DNA of 64,000 nt from the NCBI RefSeq assembly GCF_009914755.1, contig NC_060943.1; one strand, 5' to 3'. Positions 44,216 to 63,880 of the stretch are shown piece by piece; positions within the stretch are counted from its first letter, which is position 1; each line of letters starts with the position of its first letter. This stretch comes from the human T2T-CHM13v2.0 reference genome, Homo sapiens. A program made the translations under genes and the position numbers. A model generated the notes under the pieces. That model made no database searches. It was not told where the DNA came from and saw only the letters and a program-made list of their open reading frames with translations.

Positions 44216-45268
44216 GTGTGTGATAAACCAGAAAAAGGACCAGTGCGCGCCAAAGGAATAAACACAGATGAGCTGGAATTTTCCTACTGCCCAGAGATAT
44301 CTCACAGCCTCCCTGGGAGCACCAAAAGTGCACTTTGCAGGCATGGCCTCAACCTGCCTAACATCACCAACCTCCTTTACTTTTGGGTTAAAATAATTTA
44401 AACAAAGGAATTCTGTGTTTAAAAAGATCTTTGCCTCCCCAACAGGGTGCATCATCGATGATTTATGCTTCTAGCATGTACTGTTCTTTCCTCAGGCAGC
44501 CACAGCTACTGCTCCAGCCTCTCCTGTGAGACAGCTGGGCGCAGCCTGCTGAGTCAAAAGTATCTCAGCCAAAGGTACAGATACTGGATTTGCTGGTCAG
44601 CTCAGGACGCCTGACCTGAGAGAAAGCAGGGCCGCCAGTGCACCCTGGGAAATTCCAATCACCATGGCTGGGGGCCACAGCAAAGGGCAATTAGCAGTGT
44701 GAAGACACTAATGATGTAATTAAAAGGTGTAAATGTAAGAAGCCAGTACATTGCAATATCTGGTAGCATCTCCAACTCGACCTGTCCCTAACTGAGCTCC
44801 AGGTCTTTCTGTCCAACCTGCCCCTCCTCCAGTCGGCTGTCTCACACCCAATCCATGGGAAATCCTGCTGGCTCTACCTTGTAAACAAATCTACTGGTTA
44901 TTCATTACTAAGAGGAAAAGGAAAGGTTCTTGACATGGTTACACCTTAACCAAGCGATCCAAATCACCATCACAAATGACAGAACAAATAGACCTCAGGA
45001 GTCCCCTGAAGGGATGTCCTTAGGAGGCACCTCGAGTCTGTGGTGTTCCCGCCAAACATGTTCAACATGAATCCAATCGGGGAAGCAATCAGGAGACTCC
45101 AGACATCGGGACACACTATCAATCAGAGGACTGGCTCCAATGTCAATGTCAAAAAACAAGGGCAGGGATACTATTCTAGAGCAGGGTCAGAAAACTCTTC
45201 CTGTAAAGGGGCAGAGAGTAAATATTTTAGATTTTGAGGCCAGGCGTGGTGGCTCACGCCTGTAATCC

Positions 45269-45812
45269 TGAAACTGCCTTTGCAAAATTATGACTGACAC
45301 AGCAAAAGAGATCTAACTTGACTGACTCCATCTTACTTCCAACCTCCAAGCTGTCCTTGTTCATTCCTGAGTGAAGGCTGAACTAACTTTGGGAGAAACT
45401 TAGTTTATAGTTTAAACAAACATGGTAACAGCCCTTTCCCAAAGCAGACCTCCTTCTTGCCTGGTGACTAGATTGCCTTTGTAGGACTAACATTAGCCAC
45501 AAGATTAGAAATTATGGTTTAGGAGTCATGCAGCTGGAGGATACAAGATTCTGACCCTCCCTAAACTGCTCCTAAGATCAGTGCTTGAGATATTCTGCAG
45601 ACTCTGCACTTGATGGATCAGCTGGCCCCACCCAGATCAAAAAATTGGCTCATCTGATCTTGTGCCCGCCCTCCCCCTCCCCCACCGCCACCCAGGAACT
45701 AACTGAGCACAAGACATCTCTGAATTCCTATGATTTCATCTCTGACCAATCAGCACTCCTGGCTCACTGGCTTCCCCTCACCCACCAAGTTATCCTTAAA
45801 AACTCTGCTCCC
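45269..45812 (+). mobile_element. LTR8-like ERV1 LTR, copy 1 (3' end missing)
   Basis: tgaaactgcctttgcaaaattatgactg..gagatctaact..ctccaagctgtccttgttcattcctg; ends at aaaaactctgctcc, where an Alu begins. Confidence 0.85.
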
Positions 45813-45931
45813 GGGCCAGGCGTGGTGGCTCATGCCTGTAATCCCAGCACTTTGGGAGGCCAAGGCGGGCAGATCTCCTGACGTTGGGAGTTAGAGACCA
45901 GCCTGATCAACATGGAGAAACCCCATCTCTA

Positions 45932-46177
<246 letters not shown>

Positions 46178-46480
46178 TCAGAGTAAAGCCAAGGCATTTG
46201 CAGTGACCCACAGGCCCCATACAAACTGTCCCCCTTTCCCGTCATCAGTTTCCTCTGTCCTGTGTGCCAGGCACGCTCATGCCTCAGGTCCTGTGTGCAT
46301 GCGGGATCCTCTGGGCTGGAACGTTTCTTCCCCCAGATGGCAATGCTGCTCGTTCCCTCCCTCCTTGGCATATTTTCAGTGAGTTCTCCCTGACAATCCT
46401 ATCTAGGCTTATAGCCTTCCTTTAAATACTCCTTGTTCTACAACCCTGATTTTTTTCCTAGAGCAATTATTGCTATCTAA

Positions 46481-46603
<123 letters not shown>

Positions 46604-46615
46604 TAAGCCTCCTAA

Positions 46616-46831
<216 letters not shown>

Positions 46832-47181
46832 TAAGGTACCTGAGGGCAAGATGTTTTGCTTTTTCCTGCCTGTTGTATCTATAACATCTACGTGACAGCC
46901 ATGACCCTATGCCAGGCACTGACTTAACATTTTATATCCATTTACTTAATCCTCACCACAACACAATAAATATTATTTACAGCATAATGCATACATAGTA
47001 TATACACAAAATAATAATAATAATAATAATAGTATCTACCTCATCATAACTGGTGAGGACCCAGTGCCAGAGGCTGGAAGGTGCTGCAGACAAGCCGTGG
47101 CACAAAGTACAAGCCCAGTTAATGTGACCATTACATAATACCCAATGTACAGAATCGGAAATTGAAGCTAAGAGGGGCTAA

Positions 47182-47490
<309 letters not shown>

Positions 47491-47501
47491 TGACTTCGTG
47501 A

Positions 47502-47780
<279 letters not shown>

Positions 47781-47783
47781 TAA

Positions 47784-48071
<288 letters not shown>

Positions 48072-48954
48072 TAGAGACAGGGTTTCACCATGTTGGCCAG
48101 GCTGGTCTTGAACTCCTGACCTCATGATCCACCCACCTCCGCCTTCCAAAGTGCTGGGATTACAGGCATGAGCCACTGCGCCCAGCTCCAGAAGCCATTT
48201 TCTAAACCACAACGCTAAGAATGTCACAGTGTTTGGAAGACAGGCAGAGACAGGAAACAAACTGGGTCTAGGAATTCAGTGTCCAAAGTTTCGCCTCTGG
48301 CACAAATCTCTGCGTATGACCTGAGCAATTAACTGCTGCCCTCAACACCTCCATTTTCCCTTCTATAAACCAGAGGAAGTCATTCCTCTTTCCGGACATG
48401 GGGACAAAACAGTTGTGGGGGTCAAATGAGATGGCTAACAGGAAAGCACTTTGGTAACTGTGAAATCTAATACTTTCCCATTCTAAGAGCTGCAGCCCCA
48501 ACAAAGACCCCACCAAACACCGAACAACCAAGAATTCCGGGCCCTGGAAAGCAAACTTTAAGCATCCAAACTTACAGAGGGGGAAAAAAAGTGCACTCCC
48601 TTAATCATGTGGGCTTTGTGTGTGCTCCTCCCTCTGCCCCAGTGCTTTCCTTACGCCTTGTCCTGGTGTTGTCCTCACCCTTCAGGTCCCAATTCAGATG
48701 TCTCCTCTGCCAGGAAGCCCTCCCTGAACCCCATGCCATGTCAGGTGCCCAGTGGGCTCCCCCATCTCAGCTCTGCCCACTGTTGGGGGATACGTCTGTC
48801 CCCCGCAGGACTAGGAATTCCTTGAGGGCACAGATTGGTGCTGGTTTGGTCCCTGCTGTTTCGCCAGCATTGCCAGCACAAGGCCTGGCACAGGGCAGAG
48901 GCTCACAAAATACCAGCTAAAGGAAATAATGAATGGATGGAGGGATGAATGGTG

Positions 48955-50355
48955 TGTAACCGCCCAAGGAGTTCACCTTGCCCGCTGCCTAGACAGAGCT
49001 GATTCATCAAGAGAGGAGAACTGCAAGACAAAGAGTAATTCACGCAGAGTTGGCTGTGCGGGAGGGTGTTTTGTTTGTTTGTTTGAGATTGAGACAGTCT
49101 TGCTCTGTTGCCCAGACTGGAGGGCAGTGGTGCAATCTCGGATCACTGCAACCTCTACCTCCTAGGTTCAAGCAATTCTCCTGCCTCAGCCTCCTGAGTA
49201 GATGAGATTACAGATGTGCGCCACCACACCCAGCTAATTTTTGTATTTTCAGTAGACACGGGTTTTCACCATGTTGGTCAGGCTGGTCTCGAACTCCTGA
49301 CCTCATGATCCACCCACCTCGGCCTCCCAAAGTGCTGGAATTACAGACGTGAGCCACCGCGCCCCAGCCAGGAGTCTTACCATTACTCAAATCAGTCTCC
49401 CTGAGCATTCAGGGAGATTTTATTTTTATTTTATTTTATTTTTTTTTTTTGAGATGGATTTTCACTCTTTCGCCTGGGCTGGAATGAAGTGACGCGATCT
49501 TGGCTCACTGCAACCTCCATCCCCGGGTTCAAGCGATTCTCATGCTCCAGCCTCCCGAGTAGCTGGGATTATAGGCGCCCGCCACCAAGCCCGCCTAACT
49601 TTTGTATTTTTAGTAGAGACGGGGTTTGACCATGCTGGCCAGGCTGGTTGCAAACTCCTGACCTCAGGTGCTCCACCCCCCTCAGCCTTCCAAAGTGCTA
49701 GGATTACAGATGCGAGCCAATGGGCCCAGCTGGAGCAGAGTTTTTTTGTTTTTTGTTTTTGTTTTGAGACGGAGTCTCGGTCTGTCGCCCAGGCTGGAGT
49801 GTAGTGGTGCGATCTCGGTGGAGCAGAGTTTTTAAGGATAACTTGATGGGTGAGGGGAAGCCAGTGAGCCAGGAGTGCTGATTGGTCAGAGATGAAATCA
49901 CAGGGAGTCGGAGCTGTCTTCTTGCGCTCAGTCAGTTCCTGGGTTGGGGGGCCACAAGATCAGATGGGCCAGTTTATTGATCTGGGTAAGGCCAGCTGAT
50001 CCATCAAGTGCAGGGTCTGTGAAATATCTCAAGCACTGATCTTAGGAGCAGTTTAGGGAGGGTCAGAATCTTGTACCCTCCAGCTGCATGACTCCTAAAC
50101 CATAATTTCTAATCTTGTGGCTAATGTTAGTCCTACAAAGGCAATCCAGTCGCCAGACAAGAAGGAGGTCTGCTTTGGGAAAGGGCTGTTACCATGTTTG
50201 TTTAAACTATAAACTACAAACTAAATCTCTCCCAAAGTTAGTTCAGCCTTTGCCCAGGAATGAACAAGGATAGCTTGGAGGTTAGAAGCAAGATGGAGTA
50301 AGTTAACTTAGATCTCTTTCGCTGTGTCAGTCATAATTTTGCAAAGGCGGTTTCA
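48955..50355 (-). mobile_element. LTR8-like ERV1 solo LTR, copy 2 (complete; three Alu insertions)
   Basis: Minus strand begins TGAAACCGCCTTTGC at 50355 and ends ..GGGCGGTTACA at 48955. Alus at ~49068-49370, ~49418-49730 and ~49746-49818. Confidence 0.85.
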
Positions 50356-50427
50356 GTGGTTCTCTGACCCAGCCAATGATGCTAAATTCCCTTATTTTAT
50401 GTCCCACGTAGCACAACACAGATCACC

Positions 50428-50722
50428 TTTTTTTTTTTTGGAGACGGAGTCTTGCTCCGTCACCCAGGCTGGAGTACAGTGTTACGATCTCGGCTCACTG
50501 CAAGCTCCGCCTTCCGGGTTCACGCCATTCTCCTGCCTCAGCCTCCTGAGTAGCTGGGACCACAGGCGCCCAGCCACCACGCCCGGCTAATTTTTTTGTA
50601 TTTTTAGTAGAGATGGGGTTTCACCGTGTTAGCCAGGATGGTCTCCATCTTCTGACCTCGTGATCTGCCCACCTCGGCCTCCCAAAGTGCTGGGATTACA
50701 GGCGTGAGCCACCGCGCCCGGC
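50428..50722 (-). mobile_element. AluY with TSD agatcaccttttt
   Basis: TSD copies start at 50420 and 50724; AluY diagnostics present. Confidence 0.8.
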
Positions 50723-50743
50723 AAGATCACCTTTTTAAAGTAG

Positions 50744-52450
<1,707 letters not shown>

Positions 52451-52464
52451 TAAGAGGAAGCCGC

Positions 52465-52710
52465 GCGGTCATACAGACTTTGGCTGGGATCCCAGCTCTG
52501 CCATTTCCTCGCTGTGTAATATTAGATGAGTGGCATAACCTCTCTGGACTTCAGTATTACCGTCTACCAAATGGGAATCCTAATAGCAGTTGCCTCTTTG
52601 GGTTGTTGTGAGGCTTCTATGCTAATCTTGAGTGTAAAACAGTGGACCATGGGAAGTGGTTAGAATGGTGCCATTCATATAGTTAAGCGCTCAGTAAATA
52701 GCCCTTCTTA
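52465..52710 (+). mobile_element. MIR immediately upstream of the OPA3 promoter
   Basis: cccagctctgccattt..ctgtg..aacctctctggacttcagt..gggttgttgtgagg..gcgctcagtaaat. Confidence 0.7.
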
Positions 52711-53031
52711 CTATACAGGTCATGATTGCATTATTAATGCTAAATCCAGCCTGAGGGTGCATTTCACCCCCAGAAGCAGCGAATCCAACCCTTTCCCAAG
52801 TAACTGACAAGGAAACTGAGGCCCAGAGCAGGGCAGGGGGTGGCACAAGGTTCCTGCAGAGGTTGATAGCCTGGCATCTTGGCCAATAAAACCATACCCG
52901 TTCTCAAGCAACCCAACTTCCTTCATTAGGAGGTAGGTTCCCCAGGGAGCTAGTTCAGAAATAAATTTAAGGACATGTCCCAGACTGTCCTTTCTTACCC
53001 AGCAGGGAGTAAAATCATATAAACAATGTCA

Positions 53032-53625
<594 letters not shown>

Positions 53626-53817
53626 TTACTAAGAATGCCAGGATTCCATAAAAACAACCTTTTCCAGGGTCCCTTCCACACGGAAGGTATGCAGAAACTT
53701 GGGACTACCTAAGGTCCATCATCCATTTGGGACCAGCCCCCTTCCCATTTTACAGATCGTTTGAGCCTGGGAGGTTGAAGCTGTGGTGAGCCATGAGCTC
53801 CACTGCACTCCAGCCTA

Positions 53818-54868
<1,051 letters not shown>

Positions 54869-55849
54869 CTAGCCCTCCAGCCCACCAACACCAAAGCCCT
54901 GATTTCCGCCATCTCTGTGCTCCCTCCACCCCAGAAAAATCATTGAGTGCATTTTTCCCCCTATTCCTCTCCTCCTTCTTCCTTTCTCTGAGAAGGGTTC
55001 CCGGGAAAGTCTTCTGGGAACCTTTGTGAAGGGAGAGGAGGGCCCGGGGGAGCGGGGTGGTAGGAGGGTTGTGAGTGAATCTTCACACCTCAGGAGTCTG
55101 TTTACACACCCGTAAGGAGGAAGAGGAGAGGAGACCTTCTCTGAAGGGTGAGGCCTTTTCAGAGCTGGGTGCTTCTTCCTGCTCTCCAGCCTGGTCATGG
55201 AACAGTGGCCATTCCTGGTGACCCCTGAGACCAGGGGAGGGAGGGCAGCCTTGGCCATCCTGGGGCATGGGAACACAAGCAGAGATGGGGAGGGGAGAGG
55301 GAACCCAAGATGGCTCCAGCGCTGACTCACCAGCCATGGGACCTTGGACTGGTTGCCTGGCCTCTCTGGTGACCGCCCTAGACTAGGGCCTGGGATCCTT
55401 CCTGGAAGTTTTTTCTGCTCACAGCCCCTAGTCACCCTTTTCCTGGAATGAGTGAGGTACTCGTGTTTCATAATCCCTCTGGCCCCTGTGCTTCTTCCAT
55501 TAAAATAAATCCAAGGCTGGGCACGGTGGCTCAAGCCTGTAATCCCAGCACTTTGAGAGGCTGAGGTGGGAGGATCACTTGAGGCCAGGATTTCAAGATC
55601 AGCCTGGCCAACATGGAGAAACCCCGTCTCTACTAAAAATACAAAAATTAGCCAGGCGTGGTGGTGCATGCCTGTAATCCCAGCTACTCAGGAAGCTGAG
55701 GCACAAGAGTTGCCTGATCCCAGGAGGCGGAGGTTGCAGTGAGCCGAGATCCTGACACTGTACTCCAGCTTGGGCAACAGAGCGAGATTCTGTCTCAAAA
55801 TAAATAAATAAACAAACAAAAATAAAACTCCAAAAGCTGATCACTGCTC

Positions 55850-57185
<1,336 letters not shown>

Positions 57186-58049
57186 ACCCTTTCTTCTTGT
57201 CCCACACCTTCTTCCCAAACCTTCTGGCATCACTCCTCCAGGCAGTCTGCCCTGATTGCCCTTCACTTGAGTTCTGACATTCTCCCTCTTCATCCTCAGT
57301 CTTGACTTGGAGATCGCTGTTTATCTAGAAACTTAGAATTGCGGTCTTATGTTCCCTGGCCTGTATGACCAGGGGCTTTGCAAACATAATGACTCTATAT
57401 CGGCTGCATTTCTCCTTCCACTTTCCCCCGAGTCACAGACTTTTATCCACTTGTTGGAAAAAAAAAAATCTAACCTTCTCTATTTGTCTTTATTTTCTGG
57501 AAACCAAATGTTTGACTTAATTTATCTGGCCAGACATGGCGGCTCACATCTCTAATCTGAGCACTTTGGGAGGCCAAGGCAGGAGGATCTCTTGAGCCCA
57601 GGAGTTCAAGATCAGCCTGGGAAACATAGTGAGACTCCATTTCTACAAAAAGTACAAAAATTAGCCAGGCATGGTGGCTCACATTTGTGGTCCCAGCTAC
57701 TCGGGAGGCTGATGTGGGAAGATCGCTGGAGAGCCCAGGAGGTGGAGGCTGCAGTGAGCCACGACTGCACTACTGCACTCCAGCCTGGGCAACACAGTGA
57801 GACCCTGTCTCCAAAAAAATATATTTACTCATCTCCTCCTTCAGGAGGCCCTCCACAATCGCCAAACTGTGATGGGATCTGGGAGCACAAAGGTTGACCA
57901 GTGACACACCAACCTCACTCTTCCTAAGTTCTTGTATTCTTATGAATATTAACACAGCCCTTTTTCCATACAATTTGCATACACCAGACCAGGAGAGAAG
58001 GGACTGTGGGATGAGAGGGGAAAACTGGGGATTCTGTGCCACTCGGGGT

Positions 58050-59138
58050 TCATTGTGCTGGCGGCAGCATCTTCAGCTGCACCTGGTCCCCCTGGGAGGG
58101 CGGAGTGGCCGCCCAGCTGCCAGTCATGGCTTTGGCTGTGCTGTTCCTCTTGGAGGTGAGTGGGGTCTCCAGGGTGAGCGAGGCATTGGCCATCTCCTGG
58201 GGCTTGTCGCTGGCCAGAAAGCGGAGCAGGTTGTGCAGGGCCTTGGCCACATCGCTGCGGGCGCCCTCGTTGACCAGGCAGTAGAGGATGGGGTCCGCCA
58301 CACAGTTGAGGCTGGTGAAAGCCAGTGAGCTGTGGTATGCAGAAAAGACGCGCTCCTCGAAGCCGCAGTCCCAGGGGCGGCCCAGGTAGATGGCGCTGCG
58401 GGACAGCAAGAGCACGTGATAGGGCGCAAAGCAGACCAGCACGATGGCGATGAGGCTGAGGGCCAGCCGCTTGATCTTGGCCTTCTCCTGGCGCTCGGTG
58501 GACACGCTGCCCCGCACGGCCCGCAGGATGCCCCGGTACGACAGCAGCATGAGCGCCCACGGGAAGAGGAAGCCCACGAACACCCGATAGAGGTTCATCC
58601 AGGCCACCCAGCCTTCCATGGGGAACTTCTCAAAGCAGAAGGTGTGGTTGTAGCGGTCTCGGAAGAGCTCGTCATGGAACAGGGGCGCCGAGTTGGCGCC
58701 CAGCTCCGTGGCCCAGACCACGGAGCTCACGGCCACGGCGGTCTTGACGCGGCGCAGGCGGGCGAAGCGGAGTGGGTGGGCCACAGCCAGGTAGCGGTCC
58801 ACCGAGATGCAGCACAGGAAGGCGATGCTGATGTAGATATTGGTGTAGAAGATGAACCCAAAGAGCTTGCAGGACCCGGGGCCGTGGATCCAGTTGTCGT
58901 GGTGCAGGAAGTAGTCCACCCACAGCGGCAGCGTGCAGATGTACAGCAGGTCGGCGATGCTGAGGTTCATCAGGTAGACGCCCAGCTCGTTGCGCTGTTG
59001 CACCTGGCGGTAGGCCGCCCACAGAGCCAGGCAGTTGGTGGGCAGCCCCACGCCGATGACAAAGATGTAGAGGGATGGCGGAAAGAGGTGGTCCACGCGC
59101 GAGTCCACGTGGCAGCCCTCCCACGTGTGGTTGCCCAT
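58050..59138 (-). CDS. GPR4: GPR4, proton-sensing class A GPCR, 362 aa, intronless CDS
   Basis: Strong Kozak cccaccATGg at 59138; [18 protein letters not shown]-terminus. Seven hydrophobic segments, DRY, CFAPY and DPILY motifs, extracellular His residues (e.g. H79/H80). TGA at 58052-58050. The ORF track's longer version starts at a GTG (59195). Confidence 0.98.
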   Translation of the reverse strand: MGNHTWEGCHVDSRVDHLFPPSLYIFVIGVGLPTNCLALWAAYRQVQQRNELGVYLMNLSIADLLYICTLPLWVDYFLHHDNWIHGPGSCKLFGFIFYTNIYISIAFLCCISVDRYLAVAHPLRFARLRRVKTAVAVSSVVWATELGANSAPLFHDELFRDRYNHTFCFEKFPMEGWVAWMNLYRVFVGFLFPWALMLLSYRGILRAVRGSVSTERQEKAKIKRLALSLIAIVLVCFAPYHVLLLSRSAIYLGRPWDCGFEERVFSAYHSSLAFTSLNCVADPILYCLVNEGARSDVAKALHNLLRFLASDKPQEMANASLTLETPLTSKRNSTAKAMTGSWAATPPSQGDQVQLKMLPPAQ

Positions 59139-59969
59139 GGTGGGCACTTCGGCTTCTGGGGCGCTTCCCCTGGCCCACGGGGGCTGTGGGGCCACAGGGA
59201 GCGGGAGGCCATGGGGCCCCCTGAGCCCCTTCCTTGGAGGCTCAGGGGAACATGGTGGGATGTGGTCTACAGGGAAGAGATGAGGTTGGGTAGGCTGGGC
59301 TGGGCTGGGAAGGGCAGAGCTTGAGAGGGAAAAGTTGGAGGAGGGATGGAATTATGACAGGAGGGAAGTCTGGAGGATGGTGAGATTAATAAAGAGGTTT
59401 TTCAAGGAGGTTATGTATGGAGTCAGTGTGTCAACGAGGGAGTATGGGGGTGACACAAAAATTGGTCTCCGGGAGTGTTTATGGAGGAGACGAAAGCATC
59501 GCTGGGCAATGGTGAGAAGGAGATGGTTTGCAGGGCAATTAGGAAGTATGTGTAGCCATATTGAAGTAATAATGGCGGGGGAATGTTCTAGAAGACACAA
59601 GAAATACATGAGAAAGTGTTGAGATAGGACACAGCGCAGTTAGGGAGTGTTGGAAAGTTCAGGCAATGTGGGTGGGAGTGCTGGCATTTCCTAGGACCCC
59701 AGAAAGCAACAGAGATAAGTAAGGTCACCAGTAAGGAGAAGGTTCTGGAAAAGGAGGTGTCTGGCACAGGGTGGACAAAGATAAAAGGCTCGGTCTGTGG
59801 ACGGCAGGAAGGAGTCTTAGGAAACAGGAAGGAGGTGAGTAAGGTCTAGATCAGAGGTAAGTTTGGGGACGGAAGGGAAATTTCAATGGGGGCAGGGGAG
59901 GGACTCCAGACTGGTCCTGGTGGGGGCTGAGGGATTGGGATGAAGTCAGTTCACCGCTGACTGCAGTGC
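59139..59969 (-). other. GPR4: GPR4 exon-2 5'UTR (831 nt) with probable splice acceptor at 59971/59970
   Basis: Minus strand ctccctcactgctgtcctctctcccaacAG|gcactg: branch-like CTCAC, pyrimidine tract, AG. The upstream exon is outside the window. Confidence 0.65.
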
Positions 59970-60553
59970 CTGTTGGGAGAGAGGACAGCAGTGAGGGAGT
60001 CATGGACACTCCAACCTTCTTCTCCCCACACTCCTCACCATAATTGCTGTGAACTGCAGAGACTGGACACCCCAACAATGCCTACTTCAGCCCCATCCTA
60101 AGCAACCACTCTCTGAAAACACAGATTTGAGGTGTCAGGCATATTTTCCCCTGACAGATATTAGAATAAAGACCCAACTCAGGCCGGGTGCAGTGGCTCA
60201 TGCCTGTAATCTCAACACTTTGGGAGGCCGAGGTGGGAGGTTCGCTTGAGCCTAGGAGTTCAAGACCAGCCTGGGCAATGCAGTGAGACCCAGTCTCTAC
60301 AAAAAATAAAAATAAAAATATTAGCCAGGTGTGGTGGTACATACCTGTAGTCACAGCTACTGGGGAGGCTGAGGTAGGAGGATCACTTGATCCCAGGGGA
60401 TTCAGGCTGTAGTGAGCTATAATCACACCACGGCACTCCAGCTTGGGCAACAGAGTGAGACCCTGTCTCAAAAAAAAAAAAAAAAAAAAAGGTAGGGTGT
60501 GGTGGCTCGCACCTGTAATCCCAGAACTTTGGGAGGCCGAGGCAGGCAGATCA

Positions 60554-60943
<390 letters not shown>

Positions 60944-61318
60944 TCACAGACAGGGAGAAGGGGCCCAGAGAGGCTGAGTCACCTCCCTAAGGATGCACAG
61001 CATGGCAGCAATAGGGCCAGGGCTGGGGCCAGCCTCCCACTCCTTACCCAAGAATCCCATTCTTGTCAACAAGGATAATAACAGCAAACGTTAATTGAGC
61101 CCTACTACATAGCAGATCCCATTCCAGGCATTTTTATGCATATTATTTCTTTTTATTTATTTATTTTTTGAGACAGGGTCTTGCTCTTTTGTCCAGACTA
61201 GAATGCAGTAGCACGATCACAGCTCACAGCAGCCTCAACCTCCTGGGCTTCCAGTGATCCTCCTGCCTCAGCCTCCCAAGTAGCTGGGAACACAGGCATG
61301 CACCACCATGCCTGGCTT

Positions 61319-61367
<49 letters not shown>

Positions 61368-61488
61368 GATGCAGGTCTTCCTGTGTTGCCCAGGCTGGTC
61401 TCTTGAACTCCTGAGCTCAAGAGATCCTTCCCTGTAATCGCAGCACTTTGGGAGGCTGAGGCGGGCGGATCATGAGGTCAAGAGATCA

Positions 61489-61740
<252 letters not shown>

Positions 61741-61943
61741 CTAGGATTATAGGAGTGAGCCACCATGCCCGGCCAATTTATGGATATTACTTCTTTGAAA
61801 TTTTCAAGACTCCTATGAGGAAAGTAGTTGTTCTTTCTCTTTGACAAACTGAGGCACAGAGCTGTTCCAAGACCTGTCCAAGGTCCTGATGTCTAGAGTG
61901 CAGCCATCTCTGCTCTCAGTCCTCATCTCCAGCCTGTGCTTCA

Positions 61944-62729
<786 letters not shown>

Positions 62730-63380
62730 TTAGCGCCAGCAGTCTCCTCCCTCAGGGACCACTCTCTTCACTGTCTCTGCCCTTTCCCCCGCAATTTTCC
62801 TGAGTGAGAACCTTGAGCCTGTCACCCACTTTGTTCTGGGAAGATCTGCATACACAGGGCAAAGGATATTCATGGACCAAGCCCCTGACTATCATCAACC
62901 CCGCAGAGAAGCAGAGCCAAGTCCAGAGTCACAGGCAGCTTCAGGAGCCATTCCATCCAGGGGTCTTTTGGTTTAGTTCTTTTGGACGTGAAACCTGGCT
63001 TTTTTTTTTTTTCCCCCAACAAGATCTTAACCAGAAACCAATCTAAAACAGTGAAAAGGGTGAGCTGCTAGCTGCTCTGGTGAAACAAGGTGGGGGTGGA
63101 GAGGCCACCTCTGAAGAATCCCCAGGATGCACTTTTAAAACATGTTAAAAATGGAGTTTAAGGTGGAGTCTATTGACAAATGAGGAAACCAATCCCCAGA
63201 GAGGGGACGGAAGGAGGTCCATGGGAGCCTCCCAGATGCCAGAGCATCTTTCCATGGGAAAGTCCTCTGGGCTCCACCTCCCCAGTGCTTCCTGAATCTG
63301 TGTGCGTCTCTCTCAAACGCCTGCCACTGTCCACTCTGCGTCAGCATCAGCGTCATCACTCGCTGGGATCATTGCAGTAG

Positions 63381-63647
<267 letters not shown>

Positions 63648-63703
63648 TAGTAGAGACAGGGTTTCTCCATGTTGGTGAGGCTGGTCTCGAACTCCTGACC
63701 TCA

Positions 63704-63880
<177 letters not shown>

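Noticed and set aside
59139-59195. 19-aa N-terminal extension of GPR4
   Set aside because: GTG start in weak context; the ATG at 59138 has an optimal Kozak sequence.
58332-59324. 330-aa antisense ORF and long alternative-frame ORFs (57949-58560, 58672-59178) over GPR4
   Set aside because: Expected shadows of a GC3-rich CDS; no recognisable domains, and some starts are GTG.
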